Assembly (NCBI GenBank): GCA_030141605.1
Contig: JAQGDQ010001060.1
Coordinates: 2,380 to 66,379, forward strand
Length of the DNA: 64,000 nt
Source of the DNA: Tubiluchus corallicola
Taxonomy: Eukaryota; Animalia; Priapulida
Direction of reading: 5' to 3'
The notes under the pieces were generated by a model that ran no database searches, was not told where the DNA came from, and worked only from the letters and a program-made list of their open reading frames with translations. Shown here in pieces: positions 11,401 through 23,417 of this stretch; within the stretch, counting starts at the first letter, position 1, and every line of letters begins with the position of its first letter. Both the position numbers and the translations under genes were made by a program.

Positions 11401-13413
11401 CAGTTCATACTACAAATTTTGTAATGAATTTAATTACTTGCTTTTTTCATGATGCTGGTTGTGCAATTTTGAGACAACAATGTAAGATCAATTTTCACAA
11501 GTGAAATCGGACAGTTCTACAAAGCGTTCTGCAGTTGTATGTTATTTTTAGATATGATTTTCAATTTGTAGCTACAAAAAATAATGGCCCAGCTATACCA
11601 AATAGTATCCGTATACTATATCTCAAATCTCCCAAATTGGATTGTTAAAATTAAGTTTGGACTTTGAAAAAAAAATTGAGACAACCCCCAATCGATTTAA
11701 TTCAAAAGAATGCAAAATAACATAAACCCTTAGCAGACTATTTCGCCCTGATAGCCAGTCTGGTTAACTCGGTTGATGACGAAATGAATGTATGTACATA
11801 TAGTACAGCGCACAATGTTTCTAGATTTATCTGGAGAGACAAAATTCTTGCTTGGTTATTCTGTGCATCAAAAATAAACTCAGACGCCTGTACTTGTTAT
11901 GTGTTACCTTTTTGCATATTTTTTATTATGAAAAATTTTGAGATTTCTATCCGTAAGCTGTATAACAAATTTATCATAGCAGTTATTATAAAGATCATTT
12001 TGCTTTCAGCCACGAAGTGATTAACGTAAACAAGATAATACCTCCAGAATGGTTTGCAGAGCTCAGTCCTGCTGGAATTCTCCCAGTTTTGCAGAAAAAT
12101 GGGACAGTTATTTACGCTTCAACCGTATGCAACGATTGGCTGGATGATGTCTTCCAGCAAGAACAACTTAATCATGCTGATCCAACTAAACGAGCAAAAG
12201 GAAAAATGACTCTCCAAATAGCCCAGCTGGTATCTTTTAAGATTTTAGTGACAGCAACGTCAATTTTACACATTTTATGTAAATCCTGGCTGTTACAAAA
12301 ACGCCTAGGCAAAGTGTGAAAGAATCGGAGTAAAAATATTTATTTCACACTTTTTTCGAAATGCACAGGTGATGTATGAAATAGCAAGAAACTTTATAAA
12401 ACGTCTAAATTTCACATATTGTCTGTAACGTATAAATAGCCAATTATAGTATTACCCGTTATAATGTGCTATATTGTTATCGATTTTAGGTAATACAAAA
12501 CGTTGACTTTATTTTGTGGAACAAATTTGCAGAAGAAAAGGTAGCAAACCTGAAAGAAGGACTGACAGTACTCAATAACCGGCTGACTGAGCAATACTTC
12601 GAAGGTACACGATTTTTTACATACATGTAATATGAATTATCATTACATATATGCTGTGTATTTAGCTCTGCAGATTATTGCTAATCCCGGAAATTGCTTT
12701 ACAAACGAAGTCTTTGCTTGCAATCAGTTCTTAGTCACCTATAATATGCATGACTGTGGCAGTACTGGTTTAGACTGGCCTGTTTTACATAACTTAACAT
12801 AATGCTGTTGTAAACCCAAAATTGATGAAATTTTGATACCAAATTTAAAAAACAGGAAATATGAAAAGCTGGAATACATCCTGCCTTTCAAGTTTGGTAT
12901 CAAAATTTCATTAATTATTGCGGGTTTGTAACGTCATTAATAATAACCTTGACATTTAACATTGCAACCATTAGTAATTTAGTACAAATATTATTCATGT
13001 TGATCCTTAGACGGTTAGGCCGTAGTGAAGTTACCATTTAAGACACGCAGATGACGAGATGACACGCCTTGGAAATAAAATTGTTTTTAAAACGCAGGCC
13101 CTCTTGTTATTTTTTTTTAAACATACCGAAGTTAAGTGAAGTTATCACTAAACTGGCTGTTTTTAATTACGCTACAGGTGACAAAGCTGGGATGACAGAT
13201 TACAATATTTGGCCATGGTTTGAAAGACTGGAGCTGCTGAATCTTGTTCGTCCTGAAATCACCATATTTTTACCGGATCACCTGCGCAGGTGGACAGCAC
13301 GAATGAAACGCAATGCGGCAGTCAAAGAAAATGCGCTAAATCCAAAACTTTTTGTGGATTTCGTGAGACGTTATAAAGCAAACGACCACCTTTGTTTCGA
13401 TGTGGGACTGTAA
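8495..13413 (+). CDS. GSTO1: Glutathione S-transferase omega class, 5 coding exons, about 237 aa
   Basis: Exons 8495-8528, 10377-10485, 12010-12229, 12490-12604, 13178-13413 join in frame. Translation includes [39 protein letters not shown]...GILPVL...YFEGDKAGMTDYNIWPWFERL...FDVGL*, which are omega-class signatures. Confidence 0.9.
9000..9500 (-). mobile_element. Degenerate 3' fragment of a non-LTR retrotransposon (LINE ORF2 C-terminus and tail) in GST intron 1
   Basis: Frameshifted NNDEVEND...LTCRNVNSRQNAFTQISLLCPDFLDIPKEDKLIFLF resembles the LINE ORF2 C-terminal region, followed by an AT-rich tail. Boundaries are approximate. Confidence 0.55.
12800..12939. repeat. Short foldback/hairpin (arms about 55-60 bp, loop about 21 nt) in GST intron 4
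   Basis: TAATGCTGTTGTAAACCCAAAATTGATGAAATTTTGATACCAAATTTAAAAAACAGGA pairs with TCCTGCCTTTCAAGTTTGGTATCAAAATTTCATTAATTATTGCGGGTTTGTAACGTCATTA. Confidence 0.8.
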
Positions 13414-15568
13414 CATCAAAATTCATCTAAATAAGAAACAGATTGAATCTTAAAAATTTATAAAATTATAATTTCAATTTGTATTAAATCTGTGTATCTG
13501 TGTATTAAATTATCTGTCACAAGTCCACCAATGGTTAAAAAATTGACCAGTGACGCCTACTATCAAAAGCTTTTGGAGAATGAAGCTTTATTACTGCTAA
13601 TTACTTAGTTATGGTAATAATGTTATGATTTCCACTTGCACCCATACTTTTCATGAGCACGATAAAACTGCACGGTAAGAACGATGACAAATTTGTCAAA
13701 AAAAGTTCTTTTACAGTGAGTTGTGGAATATGATTCCCGGCTGATAGACCTTTGGTAGCATCTGAGTTTGCTAAGTTAGGTACCTCAGTCGTGCAATAGC
13801 TAGTTAGTGTAGCTCACGGAGAGCAGAATGTCTTGTCTGCGAGTCCCAGTGGAGGTACAAAAATTTTCAGACTCTCTAATTTGGTGTATACTATTAATAA
13901 AAATATTGGAAAAGGCAGGCATTTGCCCTTCTAATTAGTCTTTCCGTGCGACGTACAGTCAGTTTTCATTTGCAATATGCATCACCTATATTGAATGTAA
14001 GAATTTCATTTTTTACCAATAGTTAACCCAAGAAACCTTATCCAGGATACCTTACCCAAAGAAATAAGGGCTAATATAGAAGATAATTTTTTTGTAAACG
14101 GTCTGGCCTCTCTCCAATGCCTTTGAAACAAAAATTACCCATTTAGTTTTACACCTTTTATATTAACTCCTTCAGAACTCTGTTACTTCCAAATGGACTG
14201 TTGATAATAAAAATATTTTATTTTTTAATTAAAACAGCTTTGATAGATCCTTTTGTGTGATTGAGAAGCAAACTCTCTTCCAAAACACATGTAATTCCAA
14301 ATTACATTCTACTACAATGCAATAGATGCGCCTCCACAAAATGTACCATCGAAGGAATCATAAATGTGACCTTTCAGAATAGAATTGATGCATTAAAATT
14401 GTCATCTTCGTTCTCCAATAGATAGATAGCATATAAGGACAAAGCTATATAAGAACAAAATATCTAAGATCACATTTCAGGCATGGCATCCTCATGCAGC
14501 TGTTGCTACATCAGAGTTCCACCTCATCTTACATCACTCTATTCAGTAATCAACAATACCATAAAACATTAATTTTTAATCTCGTGTAAGTTTTTACGTA
14601 CGTTTCTTTTTACTTCTTCATCAATTAACTCACATCCGTGCACACCACAATTTTTACTATGCCTAACGGGCTTTTTGGAGTAGCTACATTTCTCAGTAAT
14701 CTAAGAATCAACTGTGTGCGTACCTAACCATTCACTGTTTTCAGTGTTCAACTTACAAAGCAAAAATTATCATCACCATTATATTTTTTACGTAACGGTA
14801 GTTCACTCTGCATGATGACAGCAGCAGTTCATTGAAACAAATCACTGGCACACGTTAACAATGATCTGACCAACAGTAATTATTTAATTATTATTATTAT
14901 TATCTTGCCTTGTTCAAGCTTTATTGGACATTGCTTAACCGCTGTCTCGGGAGGTGGTCATAGCAGTCGCGCATCACGTTTTATTTAACTCTTATTTTAA
15001 AGATTTCTCATACGTCTTCATCTCTTGTTCGCACTGGTTCGACAGATGGTTTGTAAAAGAAATTAATAAAGATTTCCTTTGTTAAAGTAAATTATTTAGT
15101 TTACTTTGTTCATACATTCCGACATTGCAGGATAATTAAAACTAGTGGGATTCATACATTTTTGATAGAATGATGGCATTTCCAAAACTTAAAACTTTTT
15201 TAATTCTTAAATAGTGCAAACAAAATTCATTTATGCAGTGATGCTTTAACTAGATGTGTGTACAAATAACTATAAGTTGGTATAGGGCAAAAATTACAAC
15301 AATTGTGATAAACACGCAATTCTAAATTCATTTTCTTAAAAAATAAAAGGATTTCTCTGCTTTGACATTTCTACTATTTGACAACACTTTCGGGACACAG
15401 TTTATTCTTCTACGTTATTTTAAGCATAAAACTTAAGCATCAAAATACACATCAATATTTTATTTTATACTTTAATTTATAATTAATATATTTCTTTTCA
15501 GAGTTTACATAAATTAGCATGTCCTTCATACTTTTGAATGTGACTAAGGACAAGTACCAATACTAAAA

Positions 15569-18500
15569 ATGGGAGACCAAAAAAATAACAAGCAACCTTT
15601 GCGAATTAAAATAATTAGCATGGGAAACGCTAAAGTTGGAAAGGTGAATGTTATCTTACCTTTGATGTATTTTGCTTGCTAACATTTATTATTTAGGTGA
15701 AATTGCATTCTTTTCAAACGAACTCATACTGAGAAACGTTAAATCAATGCGTCCTGGGAATCGTTACGATTATTGTGAGAATTCCCTGATATATAGCTTT
15801 CCAAGCACATAAATTTCACTAAAAAGGTCTTGGTAAATGTGTGGCTCGTTGTATGTGCTGGTAAAACAGATAATATTATTCACATAGTATATTTCTTGAC
15901 AATGTGCCTTAACATATTAGAACTCACTAAACAGCAACCCTTTTTAATAGAATGAAACCATTAAATTTCTAATGGTGTTCCACAAAAATATCACTTTCAA
16001 ACGAGACTTTGAAGCTGAATTTGCAAATATTGATCTCACTCTTTTTTTCCATTTACAATACATGTTTCGGTGTTTGTGGTGGCATAATTGGTTAGTTAAC
16101 TGTGAGTTAAATCTTACCTCTAAGTCGGTAAGTCCTGAAGCTCTATTACTTCTTCAAGTCCTTTATAGTCAAACCAGGCCCTAATTTTACCATCTGACCT
16201 GCTGACCTATCTAAGATTTCCCCGTGTTTGTTCACTCGCGTTAAAATATTTGCCAAATGTTAACTTATTACTAGTTTTGAGCTAGACAGCTATTTGTAAA
16301 TACAGTCTAACCTCGTTATCTCGCCCCTGTCCGTCTAGGGCAAATTTTTGGCGAGAGGCGAGTATGGCGAGATAACAGAAATAAAACGAAGTTAGTCTAT
16401 ATGTACTGTACATGTACATATCATGGTAATGACCATTTATCGTTCCACCACGTCATGCCATGATTAGATTGTTGCACCTTAGTTAGTACATTGTATATTA
16501 TATAGCATGATTGACCTAGTAACTTTTTGTGAGTATTGCTATTTTAACACCAGCTTTATTCTGATTTTGTAGGTAGACTTCAACTGCAAGTAAGCAATGT
16601 TATACAGTGTATATACATACTGTACATAATAGTTGATTAACATAATGTTCCTCTATGTACATATAAAATATCAACATTAAATCAGAAATGAAAAAATGTG
16701 ATAAAAATAATCTTAGAATGTTACTTTTTTATTTAAAAAACCTTTTTCGAGTATACACTTAAATGCAATAAACTTAGCAAAAGATTTAGAAATGTTCACA
16801 AATGAGTTACTGATGACTGAAATAATTCAGAAGAGACGACTGTTTCATTGATGATGCACGCAAGCAGTCAACACGACGTTTAATCAAACACAATCCTTGA
16901 ATATCGTCCCTTGTGACTCTGTCAGACTGTTCAAAGTATCGCATCAGTGTGTCGACAACTGCTGATGCCTGGTCATTCGATACATGAGATGCGCCATCGT
17001 CTTCATCGCCACTGCCCGTGTCATCTTCATCGCTGCTGCCCGCGGCCTGCCCGTCACTCACAAGCTGAACTATCTCTGTGTCAGTCATCATCTCGGACGT
17101 GCACAGGTGATAGTCCACCGTTAAGTACTCGGCCTGTGTCATCAACAGCTCAGCCGGTATACCCAGCGACTCAAATAGGTTGCGAAATTCACGGTGGGCT
17201 TCAGCTGTCGACTTCTATTGGTAGTATACCTGTTTGGCGCCAGCAGTTCTTGATACAGCTCTCCGTCACTTCGTCCCAGCTCAGCTTTGTCCAGCGGATT
17301 GCGTCACTGATCTCAACCTTTGGTGTACGTTCTGCGTCGATTGCATCCACATAAAAACGAACCAGATAGCGACGGTAGTAGGACTTAAATGCACTGATGA
17401 TACCGGCGTCCATCGGCTGCAGGTGGCTGGTAGTGGTAGGTGGCAAGAACTCACAGCGGATATGATGTGACAGGGTGCATTGTCCATTAGAATCAAAATA
17501 TGGCGGTTTTCACTCGCCATTCTGCGGTTGAGGGACTTCAAAAATTCATCCAAAATTCCATTAACCATCCATGCTTTATTGTTGGCGTAATAGTCGCAGT
17601 AGACCTTAGGATTGAACTGTTTGAAGCACCTTGGTTTCCAAGTTTTACCAATGATCAATGGTCTGAGCTTGTCTGATCCATCACCGTTACTGCAAAGCAT
17701 CACCGATATCCTGTCCTTTGGTTTTTTCACGCCCTTTGTCTTCTCCGTCGTTGTCAACGACCTATCTGGCAACATTCGAAAAAATAGACCGGTTTCATCA
17801 AGGTTATAAACGTCACTCAGTTCAAAATTTTTTATTACACGTGCTGCCTGTTCTCTGCCCCTATCAAGAACGTCTGAATCTACACCAGCACTTTCACCGC
17901 AGATTTTCTTGCTGCCAATTCCACACCTCAACTTGAAACGTTGCAGCCATCCGTTAGAGTACTGGAAGTCGGTTATGCCCAGTTCATTTCCAAGGTGCTT
18001 GGCCTTTTCGCGCAAAACAGCATCAGTGATGACGACATTTTGCGATCGTGCTTTCGTGAACCATAGTTGAAGTGCCATGTCCAGATTGGAATGCTGTCCA
18101 CGTCGCAATTTCGTTGAGCCACTGTGACCATGACTTTGCATCCATTTTTCTTTACTCGCTATTATATCTCCTACACTTCTCCGACTAACAGTGTCACCAA
18201 ATTTTGCACTAAATACAGTAGCAATTTCCTGCTGTGTCTTTGAAGAATTATTCGTATGATAAATACAAATTTCCTTTTTTTGTTCTGGATTAAGACAAAA
18301 CAGTTTTCGCTTCAGAGACATCATGTAAAGTTGCTCACACTTTGTGGGAACTCAAACTTAAACTCAGCTTTGGCGCTTTAGTTTCTCTGCGCATTAACCA
18401 AGTACAGCAGCATTGTCTACAAGCAGCATTGTCTACATACCGCGGTTATATTGATCGACACGCGGTATATGTACAGTATTGATCGATTCCTCTGAGTCTG

Positions 18501-21500
18501 TTTGGCGACATAACGAATACAGTTTACATAAGCACTCATCCTAGCATGATGTGGCGAGGGCGAGAAGCGAGGGTGGCGACTTAACGAGGTAAATAACACA
18601 GCAGGAAATCCGTCCTGGTACTTTCCATGGCGAGAGACGAGTTTGGCCGCATAACGAGGGGCGAGATAACGAGGTTAGACTGTACTTGTAGTGTCATTAG
18701 TACTTGTAAAAGAACTTACAAAAATATAACTTTATGATATTTAAATATATTACTGCCGCACTGTACATTGTAATATATGTATGATATGCCAATCAAGTTA
18801 CAATAGATAAGTAAGGTTACACTGTTAAGCTAATGTACTGGTTTTTCATGAAAGTTTTAAATTTGACCACAGTAATGTGTACGAGTAATATTTCAACAAC
18901 TTATTATTTCTTTGTGTATTATTCTTTTCAGAGTTGTATCATTAAACGTTATTGTGAAAAGAGATTCGTTAGCAAATATATGGCTACAATTGGTATTGAC
19001 TATGGCGTCACTAAGTGAGTATACTTGCTTTACTTATTATTTTTGTGTTTTGTTATTTCTTTATAATGATACATTTTGTAAGTGGTATGAAAATTATGAT
19101 ATAGTAGCTCAAGATCTGGTTGCCACCATTTTATCAAGTGCTTTCAAAATAGCTGACTTTGTAATAAAACTGCCGTAAACTGTTTTTTTTTGTGTGAATC
19201 ATCGTAATAACACGAACTAACATCCATATTTAATTGTATTAAACATGGGAATTTTGAATAATTTATTATTCGAATATGCGAGGAAAAATTATTCGAATAA
19301 TTGAATATTCAACTCTTTGATATTTTCCTTCCATTCGCATCACGGTAGCCCACATGTGGAAATGGATAAATAAAAAAATACTTCGCAGCAGCTGCTATAT
19401 CACTACATACAATAATTACAATTATTGTGCTGAAATGATAAATTTAAGCACACCAATGTTCTTACTTGACTGGAACTGTACTAAGTTTTAATTATTGCAC
19501 TATGATATCTGTAAACTTGAAAATGAGCTGCACAAGTAAATTGTCATATATGAAGCTTGTTGATTTTAATAACTCATTTATTTTTCCTTTCAAATATTTT
19601 ATGGTGTTTGATTGAACTTTTCAAAAAAAATTTCATTCCTTACCAAGCTCTTCTGATGCCATAAGGACGACAAGTATACCCGATTTCCCAGTAAATTACC
19701 CAGAGCAGTGAAGTGACAGCAGAATGATTGTTTTTCTGCCATATAGCAGCAAAGAAGGTGTATTGTTTTTATCAATGTTAGCTCAGTGTCAAGGTTTTTT
19801 GCTTGTGTAAGTGAGCTGGCAGCATTCAGCATATGGTCAATACAATGTACACAAGATAACTGATTAGCATTTTAATAGTAAGAAACATTCGAAGTGCTTC
19901 AAATAATCAACTTTTCCTGCACATCCCTAAAATGTGTTATAACTTTCGTATTTGCAGAGTCACAGTTCATGGGCAAGACGTAAAGGTTAACATTTTCGAT
20001 ATGGCTGGACATCCCATATTTTATGAAGTATAGCACTTACATATAATTATTACTTACAATGCTTATAAGTAAATACGCTGAAGTTATTCAAAATCTTAAT
20101 AAAATAGAGCGACTAATTGTCTTGTGAGTGAGTGCTGAAATGGTTAACCGTTGAACCGACCCCTAACTGGTGTAACTGTTTAGAAAATTACTAACTGTTA
20201 CTTAGCTTACTTTTCTAGGTATCCGTATTAATAAAACCTTGTACCTTTTCTGAGTTGGCGTATGCAGTTAGTACTGTCTCGATTGCATAAAATTGTACTG
20301 TACAACATTGTTTCAACTAATCTGGTTGCCTAAGCTAAGAAGCATCTAAACGGTAAATTGCAAAAAGTTTTTTACTCGCATATGTTGCGAGAATGCCGCC
20401 ATGTTGAACATTTTCGCTGGCGCTTGCTAGATTTGAACTGCACGCTTACTCGTTCAAGTAATATTTTCTTATATGTATGATGTCATCCGGAACAGGTAAT
20501 GACCACAATTAATAACGATTAAACGGTTAGTTAAAAGGCCTAACCATCTCAACTCTGTCACACACGAAGTATGTTGTTTAAAACAATAAGTAAGCAATTG
20601 AAAATCTGAATGTGTGATAGTAAATGTTAGCAAAATCAGTGGTAAATATGTTTACACAATAATATGGGAAGTGTTCAAGTTTCGGTTACTCCTCGGTGTC
20701 GGAATTTTCAATTATTTTCATTTTTCAACCATTACGACATACTTTCACAGGTTCGCAATGAGTTTTATAATGAAACAAATGGAGTTATGCTTGTTTACGA
20801 TGTCAGTGATAGGAACAGCTTTGGAGCACTGCAAGAATGGTTAGATGAAATGAAACAAGAGATGGAAAATCCTGATGAAATGCTGAATATTGTATTTGTG
20901 GTTTGCGCCAACAAGGTACAGCAACCAACGTCCTTACAAATTTTTATTTTAACAAAATCTAAATTTTATCATCCATTTCCTCTCTTAATGACAAATGTTT
21001 ATGCTTCATCTGTTTTGCTGCCATAGCTATTTTTCTTTTTAGGACAGATGTATCTGCATTAGAATGCAGCTAAGGCATGAACATCTGGTTTGGTGCCTCA
21101 TGTTATATGATTTTCTTGATGATGAGTTAAGCGTTAATCTTGTCATATAATTTGAGTAAACCCTGAAGTTGAGTGCTAGAGAGTTGCTCACAAGTTTAAA
21201 ACATTTTACTCCGTCGTTTCTTACTTTATATATTTGTTCTAGTATTTCTTTGTACAGTGTTCCCTCACTTATCGCGGGTGTTCCGTTCCAGGCCCACCCG
21301 CGATAAGTGAATTTCTGCAAAGTAGGACACTATACTTATTTAATACTTACACATTTGGGTGGCATCGTAGGGCTTGAATAAATTCAGTCTCTAACGAAAA
21401 TTTCATAAATAGCATACAAGAAAACATATTGCACGGTACCTGAGCCAATCAGCGATTGGGATACAGAGCAGCGTTCTCTGGTTGGTCGCTTTCCATCCAT

Positions 21501-23244
21501 CAATCAATCGTGTGTTGAGTACAATCTCACGTCGGCAAGTAGCATCTCAAGCGGGCGCAAGTACTACATTTCGTTTTTGGTGTGTATTCGTCCGCCGAAT
21601 AAATACACTATTTACTGTAAATGGTAATTTTTTATGATTTATAATATTCTTTGAAAACCCGCGAAACAGTGAGTCCGCGATAAACGAACCGCAAAGTACC
21701 GAGAGGACACTGTATTTGTTTGCCGTACTTCATTAGTATTTAATGTTTAATGCAGCACACACTATGTTTTCATTATTCAGATTGATAAAACACGGGAAAT
21801 TGATGATTTAGAAGGCCGAGTTTGGGCAGAGTCAAAAGGTTTCCACTATTGCGAAATGTCTGCTCAAAGTGGACAAGGAATTAGTGAAATGTTCGAGGTA
21901 GTATAACAGTCTTATAGTCATAAGCCATATAGCCATATTGTTCATTTTATTATGAATTAAGCAGTATAGGTTTTGTAAACACAAATATTTAAAAATTAAA
22001 GGGTCAACTACCAGTTGCTTCAAACAATAGACAATATAGCTATTGTGAAATGAAACAGCAAATCGTGGATTAAATTGTTAAAGAGCTTTCATAATCGTTT
22101 TTAATTTTCAAAAACGTTTAAACAATGGCATTGCAAAACCAAGAACATAAAACTAGCCCTATAGCATGATCATTAACAAATTCACGAACTACCTTCATCA
22201 CATTTATAGTTAAGTTGCGATTTGCAAACACCACAGCAGCCTTTTGTATTTGTTATGGACAACTAGAGTGAAATGTGCATGCAAAATAGTTAAATATACA
22301 TTTTATTGATTATTCCAGACACTGTTTAGTGAAGTGGTTAGCACTGTAGAGAATGGAGTGAAAAACTCTGTGACACCCGGACTGAATATGGAAACCATGG
22401 CTGACTTGGGTTACACCAAAGAACAAATCGAGGCTATTCATCGACTCAAATACAACAAAAATCATTACGAAAAACTGGGGCTAAAGCCGGGAGCATCAAG
22501 GTAATTTACAGGAGGTGAATTTCCAGATAAGACGAAACAAAAATTTACTTAAAAGGTGCTAAATGTTTTTGTTGCTGGTTTTTTTAAAGAGATTTGACAA
22601 ACATTTTTGGATTTTTCATTCCCGGATAATATGTTAGTTCTTAAATTGCTTTCGTCCCAATATTGGGTTTAGTTTGACAGGCATTTTAGAAAAGTGCTGT
22701 CTAAACGCTGTAGACAACTTCTTAGTAGCTTTTTGTCAGAAGCAACATTCTTCTTCTTCACGACACTCATTACTAAAATTTGTGAAATGTAGGTTTAAAT
22801 AACGATCTCATTTTAGCATGCTGTAGCACTGAATGGAGATTCACAGATTCTGCAAGCTTAAGCGGCATTTTGTCATTTTTGCTAAAAGTATAATAGAGTT
22901 TGCAATGATAGAGGAAAAGTTTTCTTGATGTTTATGTACATGCACAGTTCTTCATTACATTTACTCATTTGCTTATGTAATTTTTAACAGAATAGATGAA
23001 ATGAAAAATAAAGTTTTGGTAATTATAAGAGAAGGGATTTTCTTGAATGTTTTTGTTCAAAAACATTAAAGAGGTAATGGATGCTACCATGCTATCATTT
23101 GCCTGTTGCAGAGATGAAATTAACAAAGCATACAGACGATTAGCAGTTATTCTTCACCCGGATAAGAGTGTAGCACCTGGAAGCGAGGAGGCATTTAAAA
23201 TTTTAGTGAAAGTGCGAACTGTCCTACTAAACGTTGCTAGGTAA
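15569..23244 (+). CDS. DNAJC27: DnaJ homolog subfamily C member 27 (RBJ; Rab-like GTPase plus J domain), 7 coding exons, about 274 aa
   Basis: Exons 15569-15643, 18932-19014, 19958-20027, 20751-20915, 21781-21897, 22319-22500, 23112-23244 join in frame. Motifs: LRIKIISMGNAKVGKSCIIKRYCEKRFVSKYMATIGIDYG, FDMAGHPIFYEVRNEFY, CANKID, and J-domain AYRRLAVILHPDKSVAPGSEEAFK. Confidence 0.95.
16303..18682 (-). mobile_element. Full-length Tigger/pogo (Tc1/mariner superfamily) DNA transposon, 2380 bp, in DNAJC27 intron 1
   Basis: Perfect 26-bp TIRs CAGTCTAACCTCGTTATCTCGCCCCT (16303-16328 and 18657-18682), TA on both flanks, subterminal GGCGAG repeats, and an internal transposase. Confidence 0.95.
16807..18324 (-). 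pseudogene. Tigger/CENP-B-family transposase disrupted by two frameshifting deletions (near 17460 and near 17205)
   Basis: HTH regions (SNGWLQRFKLR), YNLDETGLFFR, MDNAPCH, then after a frameshift FLPPTTTSHLQPMDAGII, and after a second shift the C-terminal MKQSSLLNYF. Confidence 0.9.
19243..19929. mobile_element. Non-autonomous hAT-like MITE, copy 1 (DNAJC27 intron 2)
   Basis: Terminus reads TAGGGATGTGC on the minus strand, with ATTCGAATA-type subterminal repeats. Homologous in inverted orientation to 32645-33377. Confidence 0.65.
20127..20556. mobile_element. Probable degenerate MITE in DNAJC27 intron 3
   Basis: Imperfect terminal inversion AGTGCTGAAATGGTTAACCG ... CTAACCATCTCAACTCT, with AACCG/CGGTT subterminal motifs. 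Confidence 0.4.
21255..21712. mobile_element. Tigger/pogo-type MITE in DNAJC27 intron 4
   Basis: TA|CAGTGTTCCCTCACTTATCGCGG ... CCGCAAAGTACCGAGAGGACACTG|TA: imperfect TIRs, TA target duplication and CCGCGATAA subterminal repeats. Confidence 0.8.
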
Positions 23245-23290
23245 CGAAACAATACCTTAGAAGATTGGACGGTATTTGATATCTGTTTCA

Positions 23291-23417
23291 TCATTCGTTG
23301 TCATTGACAGTTTTCTTTTTGTGGTCATTTCTCCTAGTCGAGTGTTCTTAATGTTATATCATTTGTTGTCTTTGACAATATTTTTGTGGCCAGTTCTCCT
23401 AGTCAAGTGTTCTTAGA
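23291..23417. repeat. Tandem duplication of about 68 bp just downstream of the DNAJC27 stop codon
   Basis: TCATTYGTTGTCWTTGACA...TTTTTGTGGYCAKTTCTCCTAGTCRAGTGTTCTTA occurs twice. Confidence 0.85.

Noticed and set aside
13650-13690. SECIS-like ATGA...AAA...GA in the GST 3' UTR
   Set aside because: There is no in-frame TGA in the GST ORF (the active site is TGC) and no convincing stem.
16947-17936. Plus-strand ORFs inside the Tigger element
   Set aside because: Antisense shadows of the transposase with no recognisable motifs.
19599-19832. ORF similar to the ORF at 32647-32895, suggesting a small gene family
   Set aside because: The similarity comes from two copies of a non-coding MITE.
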